This document shows positions 9,336 through 21,388 of a stretch of 64,000 nt of DNA, piece by piece (the stretch's first letter is position 1; each line of letters starts with the position of its first letter). Origin of the DNA: Euglena gracilis. Lineage: Eukaryota. The stretch covers positions 1,550,001-1,614,000 of the forward strand of contig CP154954.1 of NCBI GenBank assembly GCA_039621445.1. Reading direction: 5' to 3'. The translations under genes and the position numbers were made by a program. The notes beneath the pieces were generated by a model, which worked only from the letters and a program-made list of their open reading frames with translations, did not search any database and was not told the DNA's origin.

Positions 9336-12300
9336 ATGGGATGTGCGATTCGTAAAATTTGGATATTTTGTTTCAAAGAATTTTTTTTCCATTTAAATTA
9401 AATTTTTACTCTTATTTTTTCTATATTTTAGTATTTTTTTTTTTATTATCTAAATAATTTTTTTATCTTTAAATTTTCTTATTTTTATAAAGAAAAATAA
9501 TTTGGAACTTTAGTAGGAAATTTTTATACTATCATTTTGTAGTTTTTGTTATTTGTTTCCATGTTTTATTAAAAAATAATTTATTTATTCCTCTAATTTA
9601 TTTTTGTTATTAATAAATGAATGATCATTTCATTAAAAGAATAATAAAGCGGATAAAAAAAACGAAAAATATATATTAAATTTTATAAGGATGATTTTTT
9701 AATCAGAATTATATCTAAGTTATTTTAAGTATTTTTTGCGTTTTCTAATCTTTTAAGATTATATAATTGAGTAGCCGTATGTTATTGAATTAACAAGTAC
9801 GGTTTCGGATAAAAAACTTTTTAATTATTAAAGTTGATTTTACCTTCTTTGGTATCGTGTTTTTTTTTTTAATTTATTACTTATAAATGATATTTATAGT
9901 TTTAAAAATTTCCTTATAGTTTATTTTTTGATTTTTTAATAAAATTTTTAAAAATATTTGTTTTACATACTGTTGTTCTTAATGATCCAGGTCGTTTGAT
10001 TTCTGTTCATTTAATGCATACTGCATTAGTTTCAGGATGGGCTGGATCTATGGCCTTATATGAACTTGCTATTTTTGATCCTTCTGATGTTGCGCTAAAT
10101 CCTATGTGGCGCCAAGGAATGTTTGTTCTTCCTTTTATGACACGTTTAGGGGTAACAAAATCTTGGGGTGCTTGGAGTGTTACAGGGGAATCTTTTTCGG
10201 ATCCAGGAATTTGGAGTTACGAAGGTGTAGCGGTAGCACATATAATTTTATCGGGTCTTTTATTTTTAGCTGCTATTTGGCATTGGGTTTATTGGGACCT
10301 TGATTTATTTCGTGATCCAGCTAGTGGTGAGTTAAAGTTAGATTTACCTAGAGTATTTGTATTTTATTTATTCTTGTCTGGAGTATTATGTTTAGCGTTT
10401 GAAGTCTTTCCATGTTACGGGTGTTTTTGTTCCTGGTATTTGGGTTTCTGATCCTTATGGTTTAAGTGGGAGTGCGATTCGATTTAATGTTCTTTTTATA
10501 ATTTTATATCGTTAAGAGATTTTTTATGAAATTTTTGTTCAATTAGGTGAAAAACCTTTTATTTTATTGAAATTATTGCGTTATCAATAAGAACGATAAC
10601 TTATTTAATTTAAAAAAAAAAAAAAATTAACGATTTTTGGATAGATAATCTAAATATTGGCTATGCCATAGTTATATATTTTCTAATTAAATTTTGTATA
10701 ATTTTTAATTTTTCTTCTAATAAGATTAATTTTTTAGCAAAATTGTGGATAAGTGTGTCCTCAAGAATTTCATTTAGCAACAAAAAGCAACGAAATAATT
10801 TAGTTTCTATCTTTGACATTTTTTGATATGTCTATTTTTTAACTTTTTTAGAGGGGATGATTTAAACGGAAAAATTTTTTATTAATTTTTATTGACTTAA
10901 ATCACACTTATAAAAGTATCAAAATTATATTTTGATATATAAGTATTTGTTAAAATACAAGTACTTTATAAGTGAGTAGTTAAATGATTTAAAAATTTCA
11001 TATTTAATTTCGGATGAATGTTTTTTAATCTATTCTTGCAAATTGAACCTGTTATTCCTTCTTGGGGTGCTGAAGGTTTTGATCCGTATAATGTAGGTGG
11101 AATTGCTTCTTTGCGAGTTGTAAAAGTTCATACTTATGAGTTAAAAGTTTTTAACTTTTTCTTACTTTAATACCTTTTATTCAATTTTTAATTTTTAGTA
11201 ATAAAAAGCCAGGTAGATTTTTTTACTAAATAGCCATTTTTGTTTTAGGTTAGTTATATTTTTTGCAATAATATTTGCAGTTTATTAATATTCTTGATAA
11301 AAACTTTTTTTACAGTTTTGTGAGAGTTTGGCTGTTAAAGAAGCATAAAATTTATTTTATTTTATTTTGTTATTGTAATTTTTATTTTTTGTGTATGAAA
11401 ATAATAACTAATTAATTGTATTTTTTTCCAAAATTTTTTTTTACACTTTGATTCGAAATTTTTTCCTAAGTTTAGTATTTACGAATATTTTGTAAAAAAA
11501 GTTGAGTTAAAGATTTAAAAATAACTTATTTGTTTAGGTATTTTTAAATCTTTAAAATTTGTCCTAAATTTAGTATTAGGAAAAATTGATTAATAATTTT
11601 ATTATTAATTAAAGCCGTGTGCATTTTTATTTTGCATGCACGGTTTTTTGAGGAAATATAATAATTTATTTTCTATCAAGGCATCATATTGCTGCAGGTC
11701 TTTTAGGACTTATTGCTGGTGGATTTCATGTTTTAGTTCGCCCTTCTCAACGCTTGTTTGTACTTTTACGTATGGGGAATATTGAAAACTGTTCTTTCTA
11801 GTAGTATAGCTGCGGTTTTTTGGTCTGCATTTGTTGTTTCAGGCACTATGTGGTACGGTTCTGCTTCTACACCTATTGAGCTATTTGGTCCTACTCGATA
11901 CCAATGGGATAAAGGTTATTTTCAGGAAGAAATAGAAAGACGTGTTCAAGCTAGTTTATCTGATGGTTGTTCTTTGTCAGAAGCTTGGGGTGCTATTTCG
12001 CCTAAGTTAGCTTTTTATGATTATATTGGGAATAATCCAGCAAAAGGTGGATTATTTCGTTCTGGTCCTATGAATAATGGTGATGGTATAGCGACTGCAT
12101 GGTTAGGTCATGCAGTATTTATTGATAAGGAAGGTAATTCATTGTTTGTTCGTCGTATGCCTACTTTTTTTGAAACGTTTCCAGTAATATTATTAGATCA
12201 AAATGGTGTTGTTCGTGCCGATATTCCGTTTCGTCGTGCTGAGTCTAAATATAGTATTGAACAAGTAGGCGTTACTGTTCGTTTCTTCGGTGGTAGTTTC

Positions 12301-12609
12301 GATACTTTAAGTTTTAATGATCCTGCTACTGTGAAAAGATATGCACGACGTGCTCAGCTTGGAGAAATTTTTGACTTTAATCGTTCTATTTTACAGTCTG
12401 ATGGTGTTTTTAGAAGTAGTCCAAGAGGCTGGTTTACTTTTGGTCATTTGTCTTTTGCTTTAATTTTCTTTTTTGGGCATATTTGGCATGGGGCAAGAAC
12501 TTTATTTAAATATTTGCTTGCTGGTATTGACCCTGATTTGGAGGAAGAGATTGAATTTGGTACTTTTGAAAAATTAGGTGATGATACAACTAAGAAAGAA
12601 TTAGTTTAA
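9336..12609 (+). CDS. psbB: Photosystem II CP47, duplicate copy with a few frameshift errors
   Basis: [18 protein letters not shown] and [15 protein letters not shown]; same five-exon layout as 34538-37810. Confidence 0.9.
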
Positions 12610-12672
12610 TTATTATTTAATTAGTAAATTTGTTTTAGGAAATGTGCAAAGTTGTGAAAATTTTTTATTTTT

Positions 12673-14119
12673 ATGGAAGCTTTAGTTTATACATTCTGTG
12701 TGCTACGAAGTTGTATTCTTTTTACTTTAGGTAATTAAATTTAAATTAATAAAAGGGTGGATTAAGACTTTTCATAAACGCCTTTATTAAATTTTTTGTG
12801 GGGTATATTTTTGTGCGGTTTACCTAGGACAAAACAAGATTATATGTTTTAATTTTGTATTTTTGCATATTACTTTACTTAATTTATGGAGTTTTTATAC
12901 TTTAAGCAATTAAAACTAATTTTATAGATTTTATAGTTTGGTAGTGAATTTATATTTTATTATTTTGATTTGATTTTTTCGTATTTTTTTTTTTTTAATT
13001 TAGTAGAAAAGGAAATTTTTACTATTTTGTAATTTTTAATTTCGATATTTTAATGTAATAATTATTTTTAAGTGCTTTTTTTTTTTGTTCTTTTACACGG
13101 TTGTTATATCTTTTTGTCGAGGAAATTGTAATTACATTTAATTCTTTTATTTTTGAATTAATTTTTATTAAGATGATTTGGGATAGAAACGATTTCTGAA
13201 AAATATAATTTTTATTAAAGGTATCATATAATTACTTTTATGGTTATTTTAATTGATCGATAATTTTTTATTAATCTTGGATTGTCCACGATATCATTTC
13301 AGGCGGGTAAAGATTTTTTATCTTTATTCTTTTGATGATTTTAGTTTTTTGGGTGAGCCAGATGCTTAGGAATTAGCTTGTCCGGTTCTTTAGGGAATTT
13401 TTTTTACCTTATATTTGATTTTACTGTTTTTATTTTAATTAAGGATGATTTTTTTTGGATTGATTATTTTTTGTTGTAAATATTATTTTATTGCTTTTTT
13501 TTGTTGATAATATTGATATGTTTTGAAATTTTGAAGTTTCAATAAAATTTATGAAAAATTTGTATTTTTTTTATATTATTTTTTTACTTTAGTCTTTTTT
13601 TTTTTTATTGCTTTTCTGTTAGGTCTTTTAGTATAATTTTATTTTACTGTAATTACTTAATCTTTATTAGTGTTTTTTTTTTTTTTTTCAACGAAATCAA
13701 TTATAATTGTTTAAATATGTAATTTTTCTTCAATACGAATTATATTAATTTTATTTTTTTAGAAATTTCTAGTGTATTTATAAAGCTTTGTGATATACAT
13801 ATCAAGCATAGTTTGGTGACAATTATTTTTTATTTTTAGTCTTTTTTTTTACATTGAGTTTTATATAATTTTTAATTTTCATAAATATTTTTGAAGTTTA
13901 TAAAACGTATTATATATATTTAAAATATATGAGGATTTTAACTACTAGAATAGTTGTTAATATTATTTTATTTTAAAAATTTATATTTGAGCTTTGTGTA
14001 ATAGTATAATACTTGTAAAGTTCTTTTAGGAGGGTTTCCTTACTTAACTATTGATAGGTACTTTAGGCGTTATTTTTTTTGCTATTTTTTTCCGTGATTC
14101 TCCACGTATTAATAAATAA
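12673..14119 (+). CDS. psbT: PSII subunit T, duplicate copy with ~1.35-kb intron
   Basis: MEALVYTF|LLIGTLGVIFFAIFFR. Confidence 0.9.
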
Positions 14120-14264
14120 TTATTCTTATTATCTTTCAATTTTCGATGTGATTTAATTTTTATTAACTTATAAAAAAGTTAATAAAAATTTTAAAAAGAA
14201 AAAGAAATAAAAAATAAATAAAATGAAATTTTCACAACAGTTTTAATTTGTTATTTATTTCATT

Positions 14265-14477
14265 TTATTTAATGTCAAGAATTACTGAAGAGTTGTATAT
14301 TTCTAAAATTATTGTTAAAAAAATTGCGAATAAAGTCATAAAAATTAAAATTATTCCAGCTGTCCCCCAGCCAGGAAGAACTTTTCCATATTTAGAATTT
14401 AAAGGTTTTAATATTGTTCCTAAAGTAGTTGTTTTACCTTTAGAATTTGATGTTTTGTTTTTTGAAATAGTTGTCAT
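14265..14477 (-). CDS. psbH: PSII phosphoprotein H
   Basis: [23 protein letters not shown]...[11 protein letters not shown]. Confidence 0.95.
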   Translation of the reverse strand: MTTISKNKTSNSKGKTTTLGTILKPLNSKYGKVLPGWGTAGIILIFMTLFAIFLTIILEIYNSSVILDIK

Positions 14478-14528
14478 AATATTAAATTTAATAATTTTTA
14501 ACTTTCTTTTGAAATTACCTATTTTATT

Positions 14529-14660
14529 TTAATTTTCATGTTCTTCAAAAGGATCTTTAAGTTTTCTTGACATTGGACCAAATCCCATGTAAATTGAGTA
14601 TATTGTTGTACTTATAATAAAAAAACCTAAAAAAATAGTTGATAAAAATGATATTATTTT
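14529..14660 (-). CDS. psbN: PsbN (start not resolved)
   Basis: Minus strand SFLSTIFLGFFIISTTIYSIYMGFGPMSRKLKDPFEEHEN*. Confidence 0.88.
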   Translation of the reverse strand, partial: KIISFLSTIFLGFFIISTTIYSIYMGFGPMSRKLKDPFEEHEN

Positions 14661-14921
14661 AAATAAAAATTTATATTACTTTTATTTTAGTATATTATTT
14701 TTGGCTGACTTTTTAAAATTAAAGAATTTTTATTCCAATTCGAAAATTGTTGGTTTTGATTTAATGTGTTTTATTTATATTCGTATATATTTGAGAATTT
14801 TAAGTTTTTAATATAAAATTTTTTGTGTATTTATATTGCATGAAGTTAGGTATAATGAATTCTTTTATCTTTATAATGCATACTTGAAATTTTAATTCTT
14901 GTTTGATAAGTTTCTCTTTTT

Positions 14922-16850
14922 ATGAGTCGAGTTTACGATTGGTTGTGCGGACCGAATTTAGCATATTAGGTTATAATTCCTGAAGATTTTTACTTAGCGT
15001 TTTTTAGCTATTTGATAGTTTGAAGCCTAATTTCATATAAATTTAGAAAGTTATTTATAAAATTTTAATTATTTTATTGCTCCGTAATTTAGCATTTGTA
15101 TGTTAAATAGCAAATTTTTTGCTTGTTAAACTTTTTCGGTAATGGAAAAAACTTTGTTTGTTACAGTATAATTTTTACTATTTTTTTTTTGAAAAAAGGG
15201 TTAACTTAAAGTTTTATGTTTTTGTTTTAGGATATTATAATTTGAATCAAAAATTTAATAAAAATTTCTAAGTACTATTTTAATCTAAGTTTAAATATTG
15301 ATTAAAAATAATTGGAAATACATAATATTTTTTATATATTTTAATTTTTATTAAATTAAATGTTATTTCTTAAAAGAATCAATATTTAAAATTACCTGTA
15401 AGTTTCAAAAGAAAATAAAAATTTTTATTTTTGTTACGAGTTATAAAGATCGCTTATCTAATTTTAGATAATTTTAGTTTTGACAAAAGCTGTGTATATG
15501 TAGTAATATTTTTTCAGTTTGCGAATAAAGTATTATAATAAAGTTATACTTTAATTCATTTTAAATAATTGTAGTTGTGTTTTTCTAAGTTGTAGCTTCT
15601 CTGAATTAATTTTTTAAGATATAATAATTTGAATATCATTTCTTTTATATTTTTTTTTTTTTATAAAATAATATTTAGGATTCTATTAAACGGTTTTATT
15701 AAGGTAGGAAAAAATTCAATAAAATTCTTATTTTAATTGCGATTTGTTGTATTTGTTAATATGGAATTTTAACTGGTATTCGTTTTTAAGAATTATAAAG
15801 CAAAATGATTATCTATATCTTGTTTTGTTTTTAAGGGAGCTTGCTTACCTGTACGAGGAAAGATTGGAGATTCAAGCGATTGCTGACGATGTTAGTGCGA
15901 TTTGGTTTGTATTATTATTTTTCAATTCTAGATTATGATTATTTATTTACAAAAATCTTAATGAATAAATGCTTTAGTTTATAAATATTTAGTCTTAATT
16001 TTAAGATAATTAATTGTTTTTATTAATAAATTTTTTTTTACATTTTAATTTGTTTTATAAAATTTTTTATGTTTTAAATTATAGATACTTTTTTATTTGA
16101 AATTTTATAGATTTGTTGGTTAGTAAAATGTTTATGATAAAATATTAGTAGTTTAAAAAGTTCTAAATTGTTTAAAATATATATGTTTTTTAATTATTTA
16201 ATGTTATTTTTATTTTTTTAAATATTTATTGAATGTATTTATATTTTTTGTTTTTATAATATTAAATAAATTTTTTATAATTCAGAGACTTTTTAAAAGT
16301 TTATATAAAAGATCGATAAAACTATTTTTTAATAATAATTTTTTTATAAAAAGCCTTTTGATTATTTGATTAGTTATTTTTCAATCTTGTAGGGTTGGAA
16401 AACAATCATTTTTTAAATGACTAGTTTTTGCAGTAAATATGTTCCTCCTCACGTAAACATTTTTTATTGTCTTGGTGGCATAACATTTACTTGTTTTATT
16501 ATTCAAGTAGCTACTGGTTTTGCAATGACTTTTTATTATCGTCCAACTGTTACAGAAGCTTTTCTTTCTGTTAAATATATTATGAATGAAGTTAATTTCG
16601 GGTGGCTTATTCGTTCAATTCATCGTTGGTCCGCTAGTATGATGGTTTTAATGATGATATTACATGTTTGCCGAGTTTATTTAACTGGTGGGTTTAAAAA
16701 ACCTAGAGAGTTAACTTGGGTTACGGGTATAATTTTGGCAATTTTAAATTCTTTAAAACTCAACTTTTTTTACAAAAATTAGTTTTTATTTTCCATGACA
16801 CAACTTGGTTATTGGGCAGTTAAAATTGTAACAGGTGTTCCAGAAGCTAT
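14922..16850 (+). pseudogene. petB: petB copy truncated at the fold-back junction
   Basis: Same exons as 40123-42213 up to ...[11 protein letters not shown], then mosaic sequence. Confidence 0.85.
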
Positions 16851-18884
16851 TAAATAAAATAAAATAAATTTTATGCTCTTTAACAGCCAAACTCTCACAA
16901 AACCTGTAAAAAAAGTTTTTATCAAGAATATTAATAAACTGCAAATATTATTGCAAAAAATATAACTAACCTAAAACAAAAATGGCTATTTAGTAAAAAA
17001 ATCTACCTGGCTTTTTATTACTAAAAATTAAAAATTTAATAAAAGGTATTAAAGGAAGAAAAATGTAAAAAAGTTTAACTCATAAGTATGAACTTTTACA
17101 ACTCGCAAAGAAGCAATTCCACCTACATTATACGGATCAAAACCTTCAGCACCCCAAGAAGGAATAACAGGTTCAATTTGCAAGAATAGATTAAAAATCT
17201 TTCATCCGAAATTAAATATGAAATTTTTAAATCATTTAACTACTCACTTATAAAGTACTTGTATTTTAACAAATACTTATATATCAAAATATAATTTTGA
17301 TACTTTTATAAGTGTGATTTAAGTCAATAAAAATTAATAAAAAATTTTTCCGTTTAAATCATCCCCTCTAAAAAAGTTAAAAATAGACATATCAAAAAAT
17401 GTCAAAGATAGAAACTAAATTATTTCGTTGCTTTTTGTTGCTAAATGAAATTCTTGAGGACACACTTATCCACAATTTTGCTAAAAAATTAATCTTATTA
17501 GAAGAAAAATTAAAAATTATACAAAATTTAATTAGAAAATATATATAACTATGGCATAGCCAATATTTAGATTATCTATCCAAAAATCGTTAATTTTTTA
17601 CAGTTAAAAAATTAAATAAGTTATCGTTCTTATTGATAACGCAATAATTTCAATAAAATAAAAGGTTTTTCACCTAATTGAACAAAAATTTCATAAAAAA
17701 TCTCTTAACGATATAAAATTATTAAAAGAACATTAAAAACGAATCGCACTCCCACTTAAACCATAAGGATCAGAAACCCAAATACCAGGACCAAAAACAC
17801 CCGTAACATGGAAAACTCCAAAAGCTAAACATAATGCTCCAGACAAGAATAAATGAACTCCAAATACTCTAGGTAAATCTAACTTTAACTCACCACTAGC
17901 TGGATCACGAAATAAATCAAGGTCCCAATAAACCCAATGCCAAATAGCAGCTAAAAATAAAAGACCCGATAAAATTATATGTGCTACCGCTACACCTTCG
18001 TAACTCCAAATTCCTGGATCCGAAAAAGATTCCCCTGTAACACTCCAAGCACCCCAAGATTTTGTTACCCCTAAACGTGTCATAAAAGGAAGAACAAACA
18101 TTCCTTGGCGCCACATAGGATTTAGCGCAACATCAGAAGGATCAAAAATAGCAAGTTCATATAAGGCCATAGATCCAGCCCATCCTGAAACTAATGCAGT
18201 ATGCATTAAATGAACAGAAATCAAACGACCTGGATCATTAAGAACAACAGTATGTAAAACAAATATTTTTAAAAATTTTATTAAAAAATCAAAAAATAAA
18301 CTATAAGGAAATTTTTAAAACTATAAATATCATTTATAAGTAAAAAACTAAAAATCACAACACGATACCAAGGCAGGTAAAATCAACTTTAATAATTAAA
18401 AAGTTTTTTATCCGAAACCGTACTTGTTAATTCAATAACATACGGCTACTCAATTATATAATCTTAAAAGATTAGAAAACGCAAAAAATACTTAAAATAA
18501 CTTAGATATAATTCTGATTAAAAAATCATCCTTATAAAATTTAATATATATTTTTCGTTTTTTTTATCCGCTTTATTATTCTTTTAATGAAATGATCATT
18601 CATTTATTAATAACAAAAATAAATTAGAGGAATAAATAAATTATTTTTTAATAAAACATGGAAACAAATAACAAAAACTACAAAATGATCGTATAAACAT
18701 TTCCTACTAAAGTTCCAAATTATTTTTCTTTATAAACATAAGAAAATTTAAAGATAAAAAAATTCTTTCGATAATAAAAACTAAACTACTAAAATATCGG
18801 AAAATTAAGAGTAAAAATTTAATTTACATGGACAAAAAATTTTTTTAAAAATAAGATCCAAATTTTACGAATCGCACATCCCAT
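16850..18884 (-). pseudogene. psbB: psbB 5' part (exons 1-4), truncated in intron 4
   Basis: ORF 17733-18224 is identical to 35198-35689; ATG at 18884. Confidence 0.88.
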
Positions 18885-18944
18885 AGTATATTAAAAATAT
18901 CATAAAAATTAAAAATTAACTTTCTATAAAGACAAAAAGTTAAA

Positions 18945-19017
18945 AGCGGGTAACGTGATTCGAACACGCGACATTGGACTTGGAAGGACCACGCTCTACC
19001 AACTGAGCTATACCCGC
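18945..19017 (-). tRNA. trnG: tRNA-Gly(UCC)
   Basis: Reverse complement of 34405-34477. Confidence 0.93.
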
Positions 19018-19023
19018 ATAAAT

Positions 19024-19096
19024 TACCCCCAGGGGAATTCGAATCCCCGTTGCCTCCGTGAAAGGGAGATGTCCTAGGCCTCTAGACGATGGGGGC
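19024..19096 (-). tRNA. trnE: tRNA-Glu(UUC)
   Basis: Reverse complement of 34326-34398. Confidence 0.93.
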
Positions 19097-19123
19097 AAAT
19101 TTAAGATAAAGAAAAAAAATAAA

Positions 19124-19196
19124 CGCGCTCTGTAGGATTCGAACCTACTACATCAGGTTTTGGAGACCTACGTTCTACCAATTGAACTAAAAGCGC
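19124..19196 (-). tRNA. trnW: tRNA-Trp(CCA)
   Basis: Reverse complement of 34226-34298. Confidence 0.93.
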
Positions 19197-19200
19197 AGTT

Positions 19201-19272
19201 TGGCTCAGACAAGATTTGAACCTGTGACCAAGGGCTTATGAATCCCCTGCTCTACCTCTGAGCTACTGAGCC
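19201..19272 (-). tRNA. trnM: tRNA-Met(CAU)
   Basis: Reverse complement of 34150-34221. Confidence 0.92.
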
Positions 19273-19287
19273 TAAAAATTAATAGAT

Positions 19288-19360
19288 GGTGAATGACGGG
19301 GATCGAACCCGCGAATGAAGGAGTCACAGTCCTTTGCCTTACCACTTGGCTACACCCACC
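19288..19360 (-). tRNA. trnH: tRNA-His(GUG)
   Basis: Reverse complement of 34062-34134. Confidence 0.93.
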
Positions 19361-19424
19361 TATAAAAAATATAATAAAAATTTATTATAACTCGAAAACT
19401 GTCTGATTAAATATAAAAATATTT

Positions 19425-19506
19425 TGAGTCGTGCTGGATTCGAACCAGCGAAAGATGAACTAGCGGATTTACAATCCGCCCCCATTAACCACTCGGGCAA
19501 CAACTC
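19425..19506 (-). tRNA. trnY: tRNA-Tyr(GUA)
   Basis: Reverse complement of 33916-33997. Confidence 0.93.
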
Positions 19507-19582
19507 GCAATTAGATGTTAAACAACAAAAACAATTAACATAGAAAAAGTTATTTAAGATCAAAAAAAATATAGATAAAACT

Positions 19583-20200
19583 ATGTCAAGATATAGAGGA
19601 CCACGATTGCGAATAGTTCGTAGAATAGGAAAACTTCCAAGTCTTACAAATAAAACATCAAAGAAAAGAAAATCCCCAGGGCAACCAGCAACATCCTTTA
19701 AAAGGAAAAAAAAAATATCAAAATATAACATAAGATTAAAAGAAAAACAAAAACTGCGATTTAACTACGGAATAACCGAAAGACAACTTCTAAATTATGT
19801 AAAAAAATCTAGGAAAAAAAAAGGATCATCCGGAAGATTTTTGCTAACTTTTTTGGAAATGAGATTAGATAATATTGTACATCGAATAGGTTTTGCACCT
19901 ACAATAATGGCTGCAAAACAACTAATAAATCATGGTCACATTTGTGTAGATGACAAAGTTATCAATATACCTAGTTTTATTTGCCAACCAAAAAGTATTA
20001 TAAAACCTAAAAAAAGTACTGTATCAGAAAATGTCATACAAAAAAACATAGAATCTAAAGAATTACTATTAATACCACCACATTTATCTCTTAACAAAAA
20101 AAACTTAGAAGCAAAAATTATTGGTTTAATCAATAGAAAAGCGATATCGTTAATAGTTAATGAACTTTTAGTAATCGAATTCTATTCACGCAAGGTCTAA
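19583..20200 (+). CDS. rps4: 30S ribosomal protein S4
   Basis: MSRYRGPRLRIVRR...EKQKLRFNYG...LEMRLDNIV...EFYSR. Confidence 0.97.
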   Translation: MSRYRGPRLRIVRRIGKLPSLTNKTSKKRKSPGQPATSFKRKKKISKYNIRLKEKQKLRFNYGITERQLLNYVKKSRKKKGSSGRFLLTFLEMRLDNIVHRIGFAPTIMAAKQLINHGHICVDDKVINIPSFICQPKSIIKPKKSTVSENVIQKNIESKELLLIPPHLSLNKKNLEAKIIGLINRKAISLIVNELLVIEFYSRKV

Positions 20201-20323
20201 TTATAAATTAATTTATAGGGAAAATTGTGAATAATATAAAAAATGAAATAAATATTAAAAACTCAAGGAAATCATGCTTTTTGCAAATTTTGTTCTTAAA
20301 AAGAAATATTTATTTATAAAAAA

Positions 20324-20920
20324 ATGATAAAACAAAAAAAAAAAATAATCAAAATAACAAAAAAAAAATTTCCAAAAGGAATTGTCCATATTATGGGATT
20401 AAACTTACATGCAATCAAAAATTAATAGTATATAATGTAATATAAAGTTATTATAATTTTTATCTTTAAAAAAAAGCATTTAAAAATCAATATCTTAAAA
20501 AAACAACTTATAATAATGAAGCGATTTAATATTAAAAAAATTATACAAAAAATCATCAAAATAAAACTAAAAAAAATTTTCCTTTATATTAAATAATAGA
20601 AAATACATCTAATTAAATTCTTAGTTTCGGTAAGTGATCCAAAAGGAAATGTAATCGCTTGGTCATCTTCAGGAGCATGCGGTTTTAAAAGCTCGAAAAA
20701 GGCTACACCGTTAGCTACAAAGACAACTACTGCAATTGCCGTTAAGAAAGCTATAGAACAAGGACTTCAAAAAGTTGAGATAAACATTAGTGGACCTGGA
20801 ACCGGACGAGAAACAGCTTTAAAATGCGTACAAAGTTTAGGTCTACGCATAAGTTGCATAAGAGATGTCACTCCCTTACCACATAATGGATGTCGACCTA
20901 GCAAGAGACGTAGAATATAA
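20324..20920 (+). CDS. rps11: 30S ribosomal protein S11, two ~100-nt group III introns
   Basis: ...PKGIVHI|KTTYNN|FLVSVSDPKGNVIAWSSSG...PHNGCRP. Confidence 0.9.
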
Positions 20921-20991
20921 AATAACAAAATTTATTTAACACGTTTTAAAATAAATAAAAAACAATATTAACATTTATTAATATTGATAAA

Positions 20992-21075
20992 GCAGGCATG
21001 GCGGAATTTGGTAGACGCGCAGGATTTAGGTTCCTGTGTCTTTATGATGTGAGAGTTCGAGTCTCTCTGCCTGTA
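20992..21075 (+). tRNA. trnL: tRNA-Leu(UAG)
   Basis: CAGGA-TT-TAG-GT-TCCTG anticodon arm. Confidence 0.93.
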
Positions 21076-21120
21076 TTAAAAATTAAATGATCATAAAAAA
21101 TAACGAAATTACTAATCAAT

Positions 21121-21194
21121 CGGGCAAGAAGGGATTCGAACCCCTGACTCCGTAGTTCGTAGCCACGTGCTCTAGTCCACTGAGCTACAAGCCC
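21121..21194 (-). tRNA. trnR: tRNA-Arg(ACG)
   Basis: Reverse complement of 3425-3498. Confidence 0.93.
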
Positions 21195-21197
21195 TTA

Positions 21198-21269
21198 CTC
21201 CTTAAGTAGGATTCGAACCTACGACCGATCGGTTAACAGCCGATTGCTCTACCACTGAGCTATTAAGGA
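21198..21269 (-). tRNA. trnN: tRNA-Asn(GUU)
   Basis: Reverse complement of 3350-3421. Confidence 0.93.
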
Positions 21270-21285
21270 TAAAGTAAATAACCTT

Positions 21286-21358
21286 TGAGGGCAAACGGAT
21301 TCGAACCGCTGACATTCTGCTTGTAAGGCAGACGCTCTACCAACTGAGCTATACCCCC
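21286..21358 (-). tRNA. trnV: tRNA-Val(UAC)
   Basis: Reverse complement of 3261-3333. Confidence 0.93.
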
Positions 21359-21388
21359 AGTTACTCAAATTATAGTAAATTTTGCTAA

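Larger units (their letters stand above)
8031..16850 (+). repeat. Direct copy of ~33253-42040 (rps4 to mid-petB)
   Basis: Near-identical at offset ~25.2 kb; noisy at both ends. Confidence 0.93.
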